Shown: in pieces, positions 28,196 to 36,706 of the stretch
How positions within the stretch are numbered: the stretch's first letter is position 1
How the letters are laid out: each line of letters begins with the position of its first letter
Assembly: GCA_964642015.1 (NCBI GenBank)
Contig: CAZXLF010000002.1
Span: forward strand, 159,678-223,677
Source: an uncultured Planctomycetia bacterium
Lineage (GTDB): Bacteria > Omnitrophota > Gorgyraeia > 2-02-FULL-51-18
Reading direction: 5' to 3'
Length of the DNA: 64,000 nucleotides
Made by a program: the position numbers and the translations under genes
The notes under the pieces: model-generated
What the model was told of the DNA's origin: nothing
Databases searched by the model: none
Seen by the model: the letters and a program-made list of their open reading frames with translations, nothing else

Positions 28196-28462
28196 ATGCC
28201 GACGTATGAATATAAATGTCTCAAGTGCAGGAAAAAGTTCGATCAGCTGCAGAAGATCACGGCCGATCCTCTGAAAAAATGCATATTTTGCGGAGGCAAG
28301 GTCGAGCGTCTGATCAGTGCCGGAACAGGGCTAATATTCAAAGGATCCGGTTTTTATATCACTGATTACAAGAACAAATCGTCCTCGAGCGCAGGTGATA
28401 AAAAGCCGGACTCAAAAAAATCAACAACCGAAAAATCTTCTTCGGAAAAAAAGAAAGATTGA
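28196..28462 (+). CDS. FmdB-family zinc-ribbon protein
   Basis: MPTYEYKC..C, C..CGG, FKGSGFYITDY. Confidence 0.9.
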   Translation: MPTYEYKCLKCRKKFDQLQKITADPLKKCIFCGGKVERLISAGTGLIFKGSGFYITDYKNKSSSSAGDKKPDSKKSTTEKSSSEKKKD

Positions 28463-28875
28463 AAAATATGAATCCTATGAAAAATAGACCTGCATGGGCT
28501 TGGACGTTCGTGGTTCTCTATGCCGGCGTTATTTTTGCGGGCTCATGCATTCCCGGTTCTTCGCCGCTCCTTCGAAGTGTCGAAAAATATGTTTGGGATA
28601 AGTTACTCCATCTATTAGAATACTCTTTCTTGGGTATTCTGCTTGTACGCGCGCTATTCTTGAGCTTCAAGATCCGCTCGGCGGGATATCTTTCGTTCAT
28701 TGCTTTAGTGATAGGTGGTTTGTATTCCATCACCGACGAGTGGCACCAAAGTTTTGTCCCGATGCGGGATTCAAGCGCCGGGGATTGTCTGGCGGATTCG
28801 ATCGGTGTTTTTATAGGCGCCTTTTTATGGAGTTTTTTAATTTTAAAAAATATCAAGAAAGAATCTAATGTCTGA
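28459..28875 (+). CDS. VanZ family membrane protein
   Basis: DKLLHLLEY, DEWHQSFVPMR..S..D..AD. Confidence 0.88.
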   Translation: MKNMNPMKNRPAWAWTFVVLYAGVIFAGSCIPGSSPLLRSVEKYVWDKLLHLLEYSFLGILLVRALFLSFKIRSAGYLSFIALVIGGLYSITDEWHQSFVPMRDSSAGDCLADSIGVFIGAFLWSFLILKNIKKESNV

Positions 28876-30160
28876 AATAAAGGCTTTCGAAGGATGGAGG
28901 TACAATAAAGATAAAGTAAGAAACCTTGTATCCGTCTTGGCGCCTCCGTACGATGTGATCTCAAAAGAACAGCAGGAACGGTTCTATCAAATGAACCCAC
29001 ATAATGTCATTCGCCTTATTTTGGGCAAAACGAAAAGCGGAGATTCGATCCGACAAAATCAATACACACGTGCGCGCGATTATCTTTATGACTGGATCTC
29101 GAATGATTATTTAATGAAAGACAACAAACCTTCGATCTATGTCTATGTGCAGAACTACAAAGAATCCGGAAAACTGAGAGAGCGGATCGGTTTCATGGCT
29201 GCGATGAAGATCAACGAAGGCGAAGTCTTGAAACATGAGAATACGCTCGCCAAGCCAAAAAAAGACCGAATGGCCTTATTAAAGGAAGTAAGAACGAATC
29301 TCAGCCCGATATTTGGATTGTTTGAAGATAAGCAAGGGACGGTTCAAAAGGCCTTAAAGGGATCTTTAAAGTTGTCTCCGGCATTAGATGTGTCCGTCGA
29401 CGGCGTCAGGCATCGATTGTATGTAGAAGATCGCGAAGAACAAGTTTCACGCATATCCCGCGCGCTCAGCTCAAAACCAATGCTCATTGCTGATGGGCAC
29501 CACCGGTTCGAAGTGGCCTGCCAATATAAACGGCTGATGCATTCCAAATTTCCGGATTTGCAAGATGCGGCTTGGAATTACGTGATGACATATTTTTCGG
29601 ATCTGACCCATAATCCTTTTAAAATATTCCCAACGCATCGCTTGATCCAAGTTCCTAAGTCCATGAAAGATCCTTTGGATGTTTTGGCGAAAAGAGGACG
29701 TTTGAGCAAAGCGGGAAGCTTACAGCAGGTTTTATCGGCATTATCTCAGCCTCGCATCGCGCTGAAAAAGAAAGCATATTCATTCGGGATCTACAAAAGG
29801 AAAGAAGGATTTTTCCTTCTGGACCTGGATCCCAAGTTATCGGCGCAAATAAAGAAAAATCCCGTGGACCAACTCGATGTCGCCGTGCTTCATCGGATGT
29901 TGATCGAGCCATGTTTTAAGATCAAAGCGATAGAAAAATCATCGGCCATTGATTTTACCCGCGACGCTGAGGAGGCAAAAGTTTTGGTCGATAAAGGCAA
30001 GTTTGATCTTGCTTTATTTTTGAGACCGACTTCACTCAGCGAAATGGTCTTGGCATCCAAAAAAGGCATGAAAATGCCCCAAAAATCGACCTACTTTTAT
30101 CCCAAACTTTTGTCAGGTCTGGTGTTTCATCGTTTTGAAAACAATGGTGTCGGCCGATGA
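28868..30160 (+). CDS. DUF1015 family protein
   Basis: APPYDVIS, HENT, IADGHHR, MPQKSTYFYPK. Confidence 0.9.
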   Translation: MSEIKAFEGWRYNKDKVRNLVSVLAPPYDVISKEQQERFYQMNPHNVIRLILGKTKSGDSIRQNQYTRARDYLYDWISNDYLMKDNKPSIYVYVQNYKESGKLRERIGFMAAMKINEGEVLKHENTLAKPKKDRMALLKEVRTNLSPIFGLFEDKQGTVQKALKGSLKLSPALDVSVDGVRHRLYVEDREEQVSRISRALSSKPMLIADGHHRFEVACQYKRLMHSKFPDLQDAAWNYVMTYFSDLTHNPFKIFPTHRLIQVPKSMKDPLDVLAKRGRLSKAGSLQQVLSALSQPRIALKKKAYSFGIYKRKEGFFLLDLDPKLSAQIKKNPVDQLDVAVLHRMLIEPCFKIKAIEKSSAIDFTRDAEEAKVLVDKGKFDLALFLRPTSLSEMVLASKKGMKMPQKSTYFYPKLLSGLVFHRFENNGVGR

Positions 30161-30861
30161 TCAAACCTAAAGCGCTTACGTCGCTGTCGATCTTTTTCCC
30201 TTGTTACAATGAGGAGCAAAATGTCCAGACGATGATCGAACAGGCCGCCCAGGTCGGCAACGATTACGGCATCGATTATGAAATATTGATCGTGGATGAT
30301 GGCAGTTCGGACCGTTCTGTCAAGATGATTCAGGACGAAGCGAAAAAAAATTCTCATATTCGTTTGATTCAACACCCTAAAAATATGGGTTATGGTGCGG
30401 CCTTGAGAACGGGGCTCGCGAACGTGAAGAAAGATCTCGTATTTCTTACGGACGGCGACAACCAGTTCCGTTTGGCCGAGATGGAGAAGCTTTTTTCCAA
30501 GATCGACAGCTGTGACGTGGTCGTCGGTTACCGCATCAGCCGTCAAGATAAGGCGCACCGCCGGCTCAACGGATTTTTATGGACGCAGCTCAATAAAATT
30601 TTATTTGGACTTCCTGTCCGCGATGTCGACTGCGCGTTCAAGCTTTTCAGAAAAAAAACTCTTGAAGGCCTTGAGTTAAAATCAGATCATTTACTGATCC
30701 ACGCCGAGATCCTGGCCCGCCTTAAGAAGAAAGGTTATAAGATCGAGGAGATCGGCGTAACCCATTATCCGCGCACGGCCGGCAAAGCGACCGCGACCGG
30801 TGTGACACGTATCCTGAAGACCTTCAAAGAACTTTTTGGGCTTTATTGGCAGATCAAATAA
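30157..30861 (+). CDS. Glycosyltransferase family 2 (polyprenol-phosphate glycosyltransferase-like)
   Basis: PCYNEE, VDDGSSD, DGDNQ, DVDCAFKL. Confidence 0.9.
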   Translation: MIKPKALTSLSIFFPCYNEEQNVQTMIEQAAQVGNDYGIDYEILIVDDGSSDRSVKMIQDEAKKNSHIRLIQHPKNMGYGAALRTGLANVKKDLVFLTDGDNQFRLAEMEKLFSKIDSCDVVVGYRISRQDKAHRRLNGFLWTQLNKILFGLPVRDVDCAFKLFRKKTLEGLELKSDHLLIHAEILARLKKKGYKIEEIGVTHYPRTAGKATATGVTRILKTFKELFGLYWQIK

Positions 30862-30897
30862 TCAGGATTTGCATAGATTGTTAGTTTTTGTTATTGA

Positions 30898-30926
30898 TTG
30901 AATAGGTTGTCTGGCTATGTTATTAT
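30898..30926 (+). promoter_or_regulatory. sigma70-type promoter of accD
   Basis: TTGAAT-N17-TATTAT with TGn extension. Confidence 0.5.
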
Positions 30927-30965
30927 GCCACGTTTATGGATCGTAGTTTTTAAGGAGTCCTCATC

Positions 30966-31817
30966 TTGTCTCCGTTTAATTCAAAAGCAAAAGTCAGCAC
31001 TATCCGCATTCTGAAGCGCCGGGATATTCCCGAAGGGCTTTGGACCAAATGCGAAGTGTGCGGCGAGATCGTCTATAACAAAACGCTTGAAGAAGATCTT
31101 AAGGTCTGCCCAAAATGCGATTACCATTTCACGTTGTCCGCTCCGGAGCGTGTAGCCCAATTAATTGATGAAGGCACTTTCAGTGAGATGGACAAGGATC
31201 TAAGATCTGGCGATCCGATAAAATTCAGAGGTCCTAAATCCTATGTTTCTAAATTAAAGGAAGATCAGGTTGCAACGGGTCTGACTGACGCGGTTATTAC
31301 CGGCGAGGGATCGCTTTCCAAAACAAAAGTGGCGCTCGGGGTGACGGATTCCCGATTCATCATGGGCTCCATGGGTTCTGTTGTTGGGGAAAAGCTGACA
31401 CGATTGATCGAACATGCGACCGCGAAGAAGCTTCCGATCATCATCGTATCGGGTTCGGGCGGCGGCGCGAGGATGTACGAAGGCATGTTTTCGTTGATGC
31501 AAATGGCAAAAACATCTCAAGCCCTAGCCAAACATCATGAAGCGAACCAATTTTTTATTTCGGTGCTCACTAATCCCACAATGGCGGGAGTTATGGCGAG
31601 TTTCGCGTCGTTGGGAGACCTAATCATCGCCGAGCCGCGTGCGCTGATCGGTTTTACGGGGCCGCGCGTGATCGAACAGACAATAAGACAAAAATTACCC
31701 GAAGGATTTCAGACGTCAGAATTTCTGCTTGAGCATGGAATGATAGACAAGATCGTTCATAGGAAGCAGTTGAAATCGGTTCTTCATCAATTGATCGAAT
31801 TTGTGGGTGTAAAGTAA
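30966..31817 (+). CDS. accD: Acetyl-CoA carboxylase carboxyltransferase beta subunit
   Basis: GLWTKC..C zinc finger, GSMGSVVGEK, GGARM, GFTGPRVIEQTI; AAGGAG SD + TTG. Confidence 0.96.
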   Translation: MSPFNSKAKVSTIRILKRRDIPEGLWTKCEVCGEIVYNKTLEEDLKVCPKCDYHFTLSAPERVAQLIDEGTFSEMDKDLRSGDPIKFRGPKSYVSKLKEDQVATGLTDAVITGEGSLSKTKVALGVTDSRFIMGSMGSVVGEKLTRLIEHATAKKLPIIIVSGSGGGARMYEGMFSLMQMAKTSQALAKHHEANQFFISVLTNPTMAGVMASFASLGDLIIAEPRALIGFTGPRVIEQTIRQKLPEGFQTSEFLLEHGMIDKIVHRKQLKSVLHQLIEFVGVK

Positions 31818-31820
31818 AGA

Positions 31821-32924
31821 ATGGCGCAAGTCAGTTTAATAAACGTCGGAAAAATTTACCCCGGCAACATTCAGGCAGTCGATAATGTCAGTTTAGGGAT
31901 CGAACGCCGTGAGTTCGTAGTTTTGGTCGGACCTTCGGGCTGCGGCAAGACCACGGTCTTGAGAATGATCGCCGGACTTGAGGAGATCTCAAGCGGCAAG
32001 ATCTTTATCGGCAACAAACTTGTCAATGATGTTCCTCCGAAAGACAGAGATATCGCAATGGTGTTCCAAAATTACGCGCTTTATCCGCACATGACCGTAT
32101 TCCAGAATATGGCATTCGCTCTGAAACTCAGAAAATATCCGAAAGCCGAGATCGAATCGAGAGTCAATGACGCGGCCGAGATCTTGGGAATAAAAAAACT
32201 GCTCAATAGAAAACCCAAAGAGCTTTCAGGCGGACAAAGACAGCGCGTAGCGCTTGGCCGTGCGATCGTCAGAAAACCTATGGTGTTCCTGTTTGACGAA
32301 CCGCTAAGTAATCTAGATGCGAAATTGCGCGTGCAGATGAGAACTGAGATCAAAAAACTCCATCAACGTTTACAGGCAACGATCGTTTATGTGACGCATG
32401 ACCAAACAGAAGCTTTGACGATGGGAGACCGCATTGTTGTTTTAAAAGACGGGCAGATCCAGCAGGTTGCCGACCCCATTACGCTTTATGACCGGCCGGT
32501 GAATAAATTTGTCGCTAGCTTTATCGGAAGCCCTCCGATGAATTTTTTGAACGGTGTGGTTGTTTCGCTCGACAATAAACTTTATTTCCAGAACGGTCCG
32601 TTCAAGGTGCGCGTGAACGACGCTGCGACTCCGAAAGTGATGCCTTATGCCAATAAAGAGATCGTGTTGGGCATCCGTTCCGAGGATATTTACGATAAAT
32701 TGTTCGCTTCCGAAGCCTCACAGGACAATACGGTCAGGGCTACCTGCGAAGTGGTGGAGCCGATGGGCGCGGAGGCATATCTTTACCTTCGCTGCGGCAC
32801 CAATACATTTATAGCGCGTGTATCCGGCCATGTGCGTCCCGGAGTCAATCAGGACCTGGATCTGGTTTTGGATATGGGTAAAGCCCACTTTTTCGACAAG
32901 AATACGGAAAAAGCGATCTTATAG
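31821..32924 (+). CDS. MalK/UgpC-family carbohydrate ABC transporter ATPase
   Basis: GPSGCGKT, VFQNYALYPHM, LSGGQRQR, DEPLSNLD, C-terminal TOBE-type region. Confidence 0.93.
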   Translation: MAQVSLINVGKIYPGNIQAVDNVSLGIERREFVVLVGPSGCGKTTVLRMIAGLEEISSGKIFIGNKLVNDVPPKDRDIAMVFQNYALYPHMTVFQNMAFALKLRKYPKAEIESRVNDAAEILGIKKLLNRKPKELSGGQRQRVALGRAIVRKPMVFLFDEPLSNLDAKLRVQMRTEIKKLHQRLQATIVYVTHDQTEALTMGDRIVVLKDGQIQQVADPITLYDRPVNKFVASFIGSPPMNFLNGVVVSLDNKLYFQNGPFKVRVNDAATPKVMPYANKEIVLGIRSEDIYDKLFASEASQDNTVRATCEVVEPMGAEAYLYLRCGTNTFIARVSGHVRPGVNQDLDLVLDMGKAHFFDKNTEKAIL

Positions 32925-32937
32925 CATTTGAGCCCTT

Positions 32938-34368
32938 TTGGGGGAGGATGGTCCTCTGCCAGTTTTTTTTATTCCCATCGTTGCTTTTATTGTCTGGTTC
33001 TTCGCGTTATTCCCTTATTTAACTTTCCTTAAATTCGATTTTGATCTGAGCGATCAGCTGATCAGCGCTTATTTTTTTGTCTCCTACCTTATCCTGGTCT
33101 TTGCGTGGGCTCTTTCCGGACCTATTGCTTCGGCGGTTTTGAGTTTCTTATTATCGGCATTGGCGCTTTACATTTTTTTGGTCACGAAAGAACCCGCCTT
33201 CTTGCTGCAGCTTTTGATTTATGCGGCGTTTTATTTTCTCACGGTCTCGTTCCTTTTGCATATTCAGAAAAAGACCAATAATAAGCAGATCGTAAAAGAA
33301 AAGCTGATCGAGGATATTCATTGGACGGAAGAGGAGATCAACAAGAAAGCTGCGTTAAAAGAGGCGCTGGGAAAAAAGATAGACCGTTTTTTAGGGCTAC
33401 AAAAATTTTCTGAAGAGTTAAAGGAGATCAGAGAGGTTGAGACCGCTTCGCAGAGAATTGTAAAAGAGGTCTATGATGTTTTGGGAAAAGCGGACGAATG
33501 CGTGCTATATCTTGTCGATGAAAGCCGCCAGCAGCTGTCTTTGGTTGCTAGCCATTCATTGGGCGACGGTGTGGTCAAAGAAAAAGAAGGCGGTGTCTTT
33601 GATCACTGGGTGATGAAAAAGGCTCAAGGCCTGATGGTCGATGATACTTTAAACGATTTTCGATTTTCGGAAGATGTGAAAAGAACTTCTCACCGTTTTC
33701 GTTCCATCTGTGCGAATGCGATGATGACCGGGAACAAAGCGCTCGGGGTTGTCAGAGTCAGCGCGGTTGAACCCGGTGTTTTCAACGCTGACGATCTTAG
33801 ATTGATCGATATATTTTCAAATCTAGGTTCGGTGACACTGAAAAACCTGCTTTTGTACGAAAAAATGGAAGAAATGGCGACGCATGATAGTTTGACAGGC
33901 CTCTATTTGAATCGGTTTTTTAGGGAAAAACTTACTGAAGAACGCCGCCGCACTGATTATAGTCGAAAACCGTTTTCGCTGATCATGATCGATGTGGATT
34001 ATTTCAAGCAATGCAACGATGACTACGGACATTCGGCAGGGGATATTGTTTTGAAAAGCGTTGCGTCGATCATCTTGTCTTGCCTTGAGTCCGTAGATGC
34101 GGCGTCACGGTACGGCGGAGAAGAATTCATGGTTTTGATGCCCAATAAGAATTTAAAAGAAGCTCTGGCTGTTGCCGAGAAGATCAGGTCAAAGATCGAA
34201 AAGTATCAGTTTGTTTTCCGACGCGCGGAAGCTCATGTGACTGTTTCTTTGGGGGTCGTGACATATCCCGATACAAGCGGAGATGAAGAAGAGCTGCTTC
34301 GCAAAGTTGACCAATACCTTTACCATGCCAAAAGATCCGGAAGGAATCGGGTATGTGGAAATTCATAA
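32938..34368 (+). CDS. Membrane-bound GAF-GGDEF diguanylate cyclase
   Basis: About 4 N-terminal TMs, GAF-like middle, DSLTGL, DVDYFK, RYGGEEF; start codon uncertain. Confidence 0.9.
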   Translation: MGEDGPLPVFFIPIVAFIVWFFALFPYLTFLKFDFDLSDQLISAYFFVSYLILVFAWALSGPIASAVLSFLLSALALYIFLVTKEPAFLLQLLIYAAFYFLTVSFLLHIQKKTNNKQIVKEKLIEDIHWTEEEINKKAALKEALGKKIDRFLGLQKFSEELKEIREVETASQRIVKEVYDVLGKADECVLYLVDESRQQLSLVASHSLGDGVVKEKEGGVFDHWVMKKAQGLMVDDTLNDFRFSEDVKRTSHRFRSICANAMMTGNKALGVVRVSAVEPGVFNADDLRLIDIFSNLGSVTLKNLLLYEKMEEMATHDSLTGLYLNRFFREKLTEERRRTDYSRKPFSLIMIDVDYFKQCNDDYGHSAGDIVLKSVASIILSCLESVDAASRYGGEEFMVLMPNKNLKEALAVAEKIRSKIEKYQFVFRRAEAHVTVSLGVVTYPDTSGDEEELLRKVDQYLYHAKRSGRNRVCGNS

Positions 34369-35666
34369 TTTTTAACAGCGCCTGGTGTTTTATCTTGCTC
34401 ACCGCTTATTATGTCAGGCATCGGGTTTGGCGGTTCGCAGTAATTTTTTCGGCCTTTTTTATGGCGCTGTCGGCGATGTTCCAGAAAAACGTCGACCCTT
34501 TTGCATGGTTATGCTACCTGATATTTTCGCTGATCATTTTTTGGGGCGGGCAACAATTGAAGCGCTGGTCTTACGCTCATTTGTCGGCTTTGGAATATGA
34601 TATAGAAGAAGCGTCCAGATATTTAGGGACCGAGCACTCGCTGCTTGAGCAAGGTGTTCGTGATGCCACCGAACTGAATCGCCGTGCGAATGAAATGTAT
34701 TATTTGTACGACAAGATCAAAGAAATGTCCCAGAGCATGGACAAATTCGAAGCTTTTTTGGTGTTCGGCGAAGCGCTTTCTGCACAGTGCCATTTTGAAA
34801 CGATGATACTGGCTTTTTTCAACGACGAAAAAAGAGGGCAAAGAATCCCTTCGGAGGTCTACCGCTTTCAATACTCTAATTTCGAGGGATTGTTCGACAA
34901 GAATCATTTATTGAGGACCAAAAAAGAATTTGAAATAATTCCAGACCCATTCCTTAACAAGATCTTTGATAACGTGTTCGGCTCGGCAAAACCGTTAAGC
35001 GGCGACGGAGAATCATCATTCACGGCGTATCCGATCATGGTAAGCGGCAGCATTTCGGGGATCCTCGTGGTTACAGGCATGGGTAAGATCCAGTGCACGG
35101 CACTGCCTATTTTGACGGAGCGGTTCATTTCGGAGATCGAACGTATAAAGCTCTACGAAAAGGTCGAAATGCTTGCCGTTACCGACGGGCTGACGGGCGT
35201 CAGTGTCCGACGGCATCTGATGGAGCGTTTGGAAGGGGAGATTGGCCGTTCCAAGAAATTCGGGTTCGATGTTTCTTTTTTGATGATTGATGTGGATCAT
35301 TTTAAGGATATCAATGATCAATTCGGCCATCTTGTAGGGGATGTGGTTTTAAAACAAACGGCGGAAACCATCAAAAAAAATGTGCGTGAACTGGATCTGG
35401 TCGGCCGATACGGCGGGGAAGAATTTGGAGTACTTTTGGTGGAAACGGACCGTGCCGGAGCAAGGTTTGTCGCCGAAAGGATCCGTGCCGCGATCGCGGA
35501 AAGAGCTTTTAAGGCTTACGATGAAAATTTAAAGACGACAGTAAGTATCGGATGTGCGACGCTATCCAAAGTTTGTTCAGATGCCGGGTTGATCATCGAA
35601 AGCGCTGATCAAGCGCTTTATGAGGCGAAACACCAGGGCCGGAACAGGGTGCGTTTTCAGCCCTGA
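34353..35666 (+). CDS. Membrane-bound GGDEF diguanylate cyclase
   Basis: About 3 N-terminal TMs, DGLTG, DVDHFK, RELD I-site, RYGGEEF. Confidence 0.9.
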   Translation: MWKFIIFNSAWCFILLTAYYVRHRVWRFAVIFSAFFMALSAMFQKNVDPFAWLCYLIFSLIIFWGGQQLKRWSYAHLSALEYDIEEASRYLGTEHSLLEQGVRDATELNRRANEMYYLYDKIKEMSQSMDKFEAFLVFGEALSAQCHFETMILAFFNDEKRGQRIPSEVYRFQYSNFEGLFDKNHLLRTKKEFEIIPDPFLNKIFDNVFGSAKPLSGDGESSFTAYPIMVSGSISGILVVTGMGKIQCTALPILTERFISEIERIKLYEKVEMLAVTDGLTGVSVRRHLMERLEGEIGRSKKFGFDVSFLMIDVDHFKDINDQFGHLVGDVVLKQTAETIKKNVRELDLVGRYGGEEFGVLLVETDRAGARFVAERIRAAIAERAFKAYDENLKTTVSIGCATLSKVCSDAGLIIESADQALYEAKHQGRNRVRFQP

Positions 35667-35684
35667 AGGGTCTTTAAGGCGATT

Positions 35685-35712
35685 TTGAGCAAATGAGTCT
35701 CTAAGGTATAAT
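35685..35712 (+). promoter_or_regulatory. sigma70-type promoter upstream of the ROK-lptD-sugar operon
   Basis: TTGAGC-N16-TATAAT. Confidence 0.5.
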
Positions 35713-35752
35713 AAGCGGTCTTCCGAAGTTCCTAAAACCATAAGGATCCTGT

Positions 35753-36706
35753 GTGGGTAAGACAGCAATAGGTGTAGATATAGGTGGCACGAGCGTCAAG
35801 CTTGGCGTTGTGAGTATTAATGGAAAAGTGCTCGAAAGATCGATGTTCATGACCTCGGGCTTTAAAGGTCGGGATAAGCTGTTAAACGCTCTAGTTATAC
35901 ATATCAATCGCCTTATTGATGCGGCTAGAAGAAAAAAGCATGCGGTTATCGGAGTGGGCATAGGTGTGCCAGGCCCTATAGATGTTGAACGCGGATTTGT
36001 TTATTTTTTTCCTAACATTCCGGGGTGGAAAAATACTCCGTTGAAGACTGTGCTTGAAAAACGTCTGCGGATGCCCGTGTGGATTGATAATGACGCGAGT
36101 GTGATGGCGCTGGCTGAGTTTCGTTACGGAGCCGGCAGAGGCATAAATAACATGATCGCTCTGACACTTGGGACAGGCGTTGGCGGAGGTATTGTGATCG
36201 GCGGAAAATTGTTCCATGGCCCCGCTTATTCAGCGGCTGAAATAGGGCATATGGTCTTGAACGAGAACGGTCCGCATTGCGGCTGCGGCAGCCGTGGATG
36301 CATTGAAACCTATGTCGGAAATGGCTATTTTGTAAAAGAGACCCGACGGCGGTTGAAGCATGGAAGTAAAAGTGTATTGAAAAAATGGGTGCAAATAGAC
36401 GGTAAAGAATTGACACCGCTGCTGGTCAGGCAGGCAGCGGACGCCGGCGACAGGATGGCCCGTCAGCTATGGGAAGAAACCGGTATGCATTTGGGCACAG
36501 CGCTTACAGGACTGGTCAATGTGCTGAATCCTCAGAGGATCATCCTCGGCGGAGGTATTTCCCAAAAGAATAAATATCTTTTTAGCGCCACTATTCGAAC
36601 GCTCAAGAAAAAAGCTTTTCCCATTGCGGGACGTTCTGTTAAAGTAGTGCCAGCGGCGCTGGGAGTAGATGCCGGTTTGATCGGTGCGGCGGCGTTAGCG
36701 TTTTAA
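35753..36706 (+). CDS. ROK family sugar kinase (glucokinase-like)
   Basis: GVDIGGT, DNDA, TLGTGVGGG, EIGH, CGCGSRGCIE. Confidence 0.92.
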   Translation: MGKTAIGVDIGGTSVKLGVVSINGKVLERSMFMTSGFKGRDKLLNALVIHINRLIDAARRKKHAVIGVGIGVPGPIDVERGFVYFFPNIPGWKNTPLKTVLEKRLRMPVWIDNDASVMALAEFRYGAGRGINNMIALTLGTGVGGGIVIGGKLFHGPAYSAAEIGHMVLNENGPHCGCGSRGCIETYVGNGYFVKETRRRLKHGSKSVLKKWVQIDGKELTPLLVRQAADAGDRMARQLWEETGMHLGTALTGLVNVLNPQRIILGGGISQKNKYLFSATIRTLKKKAFPIAGRSVKVVPAALGVDAGLIGAAALAF

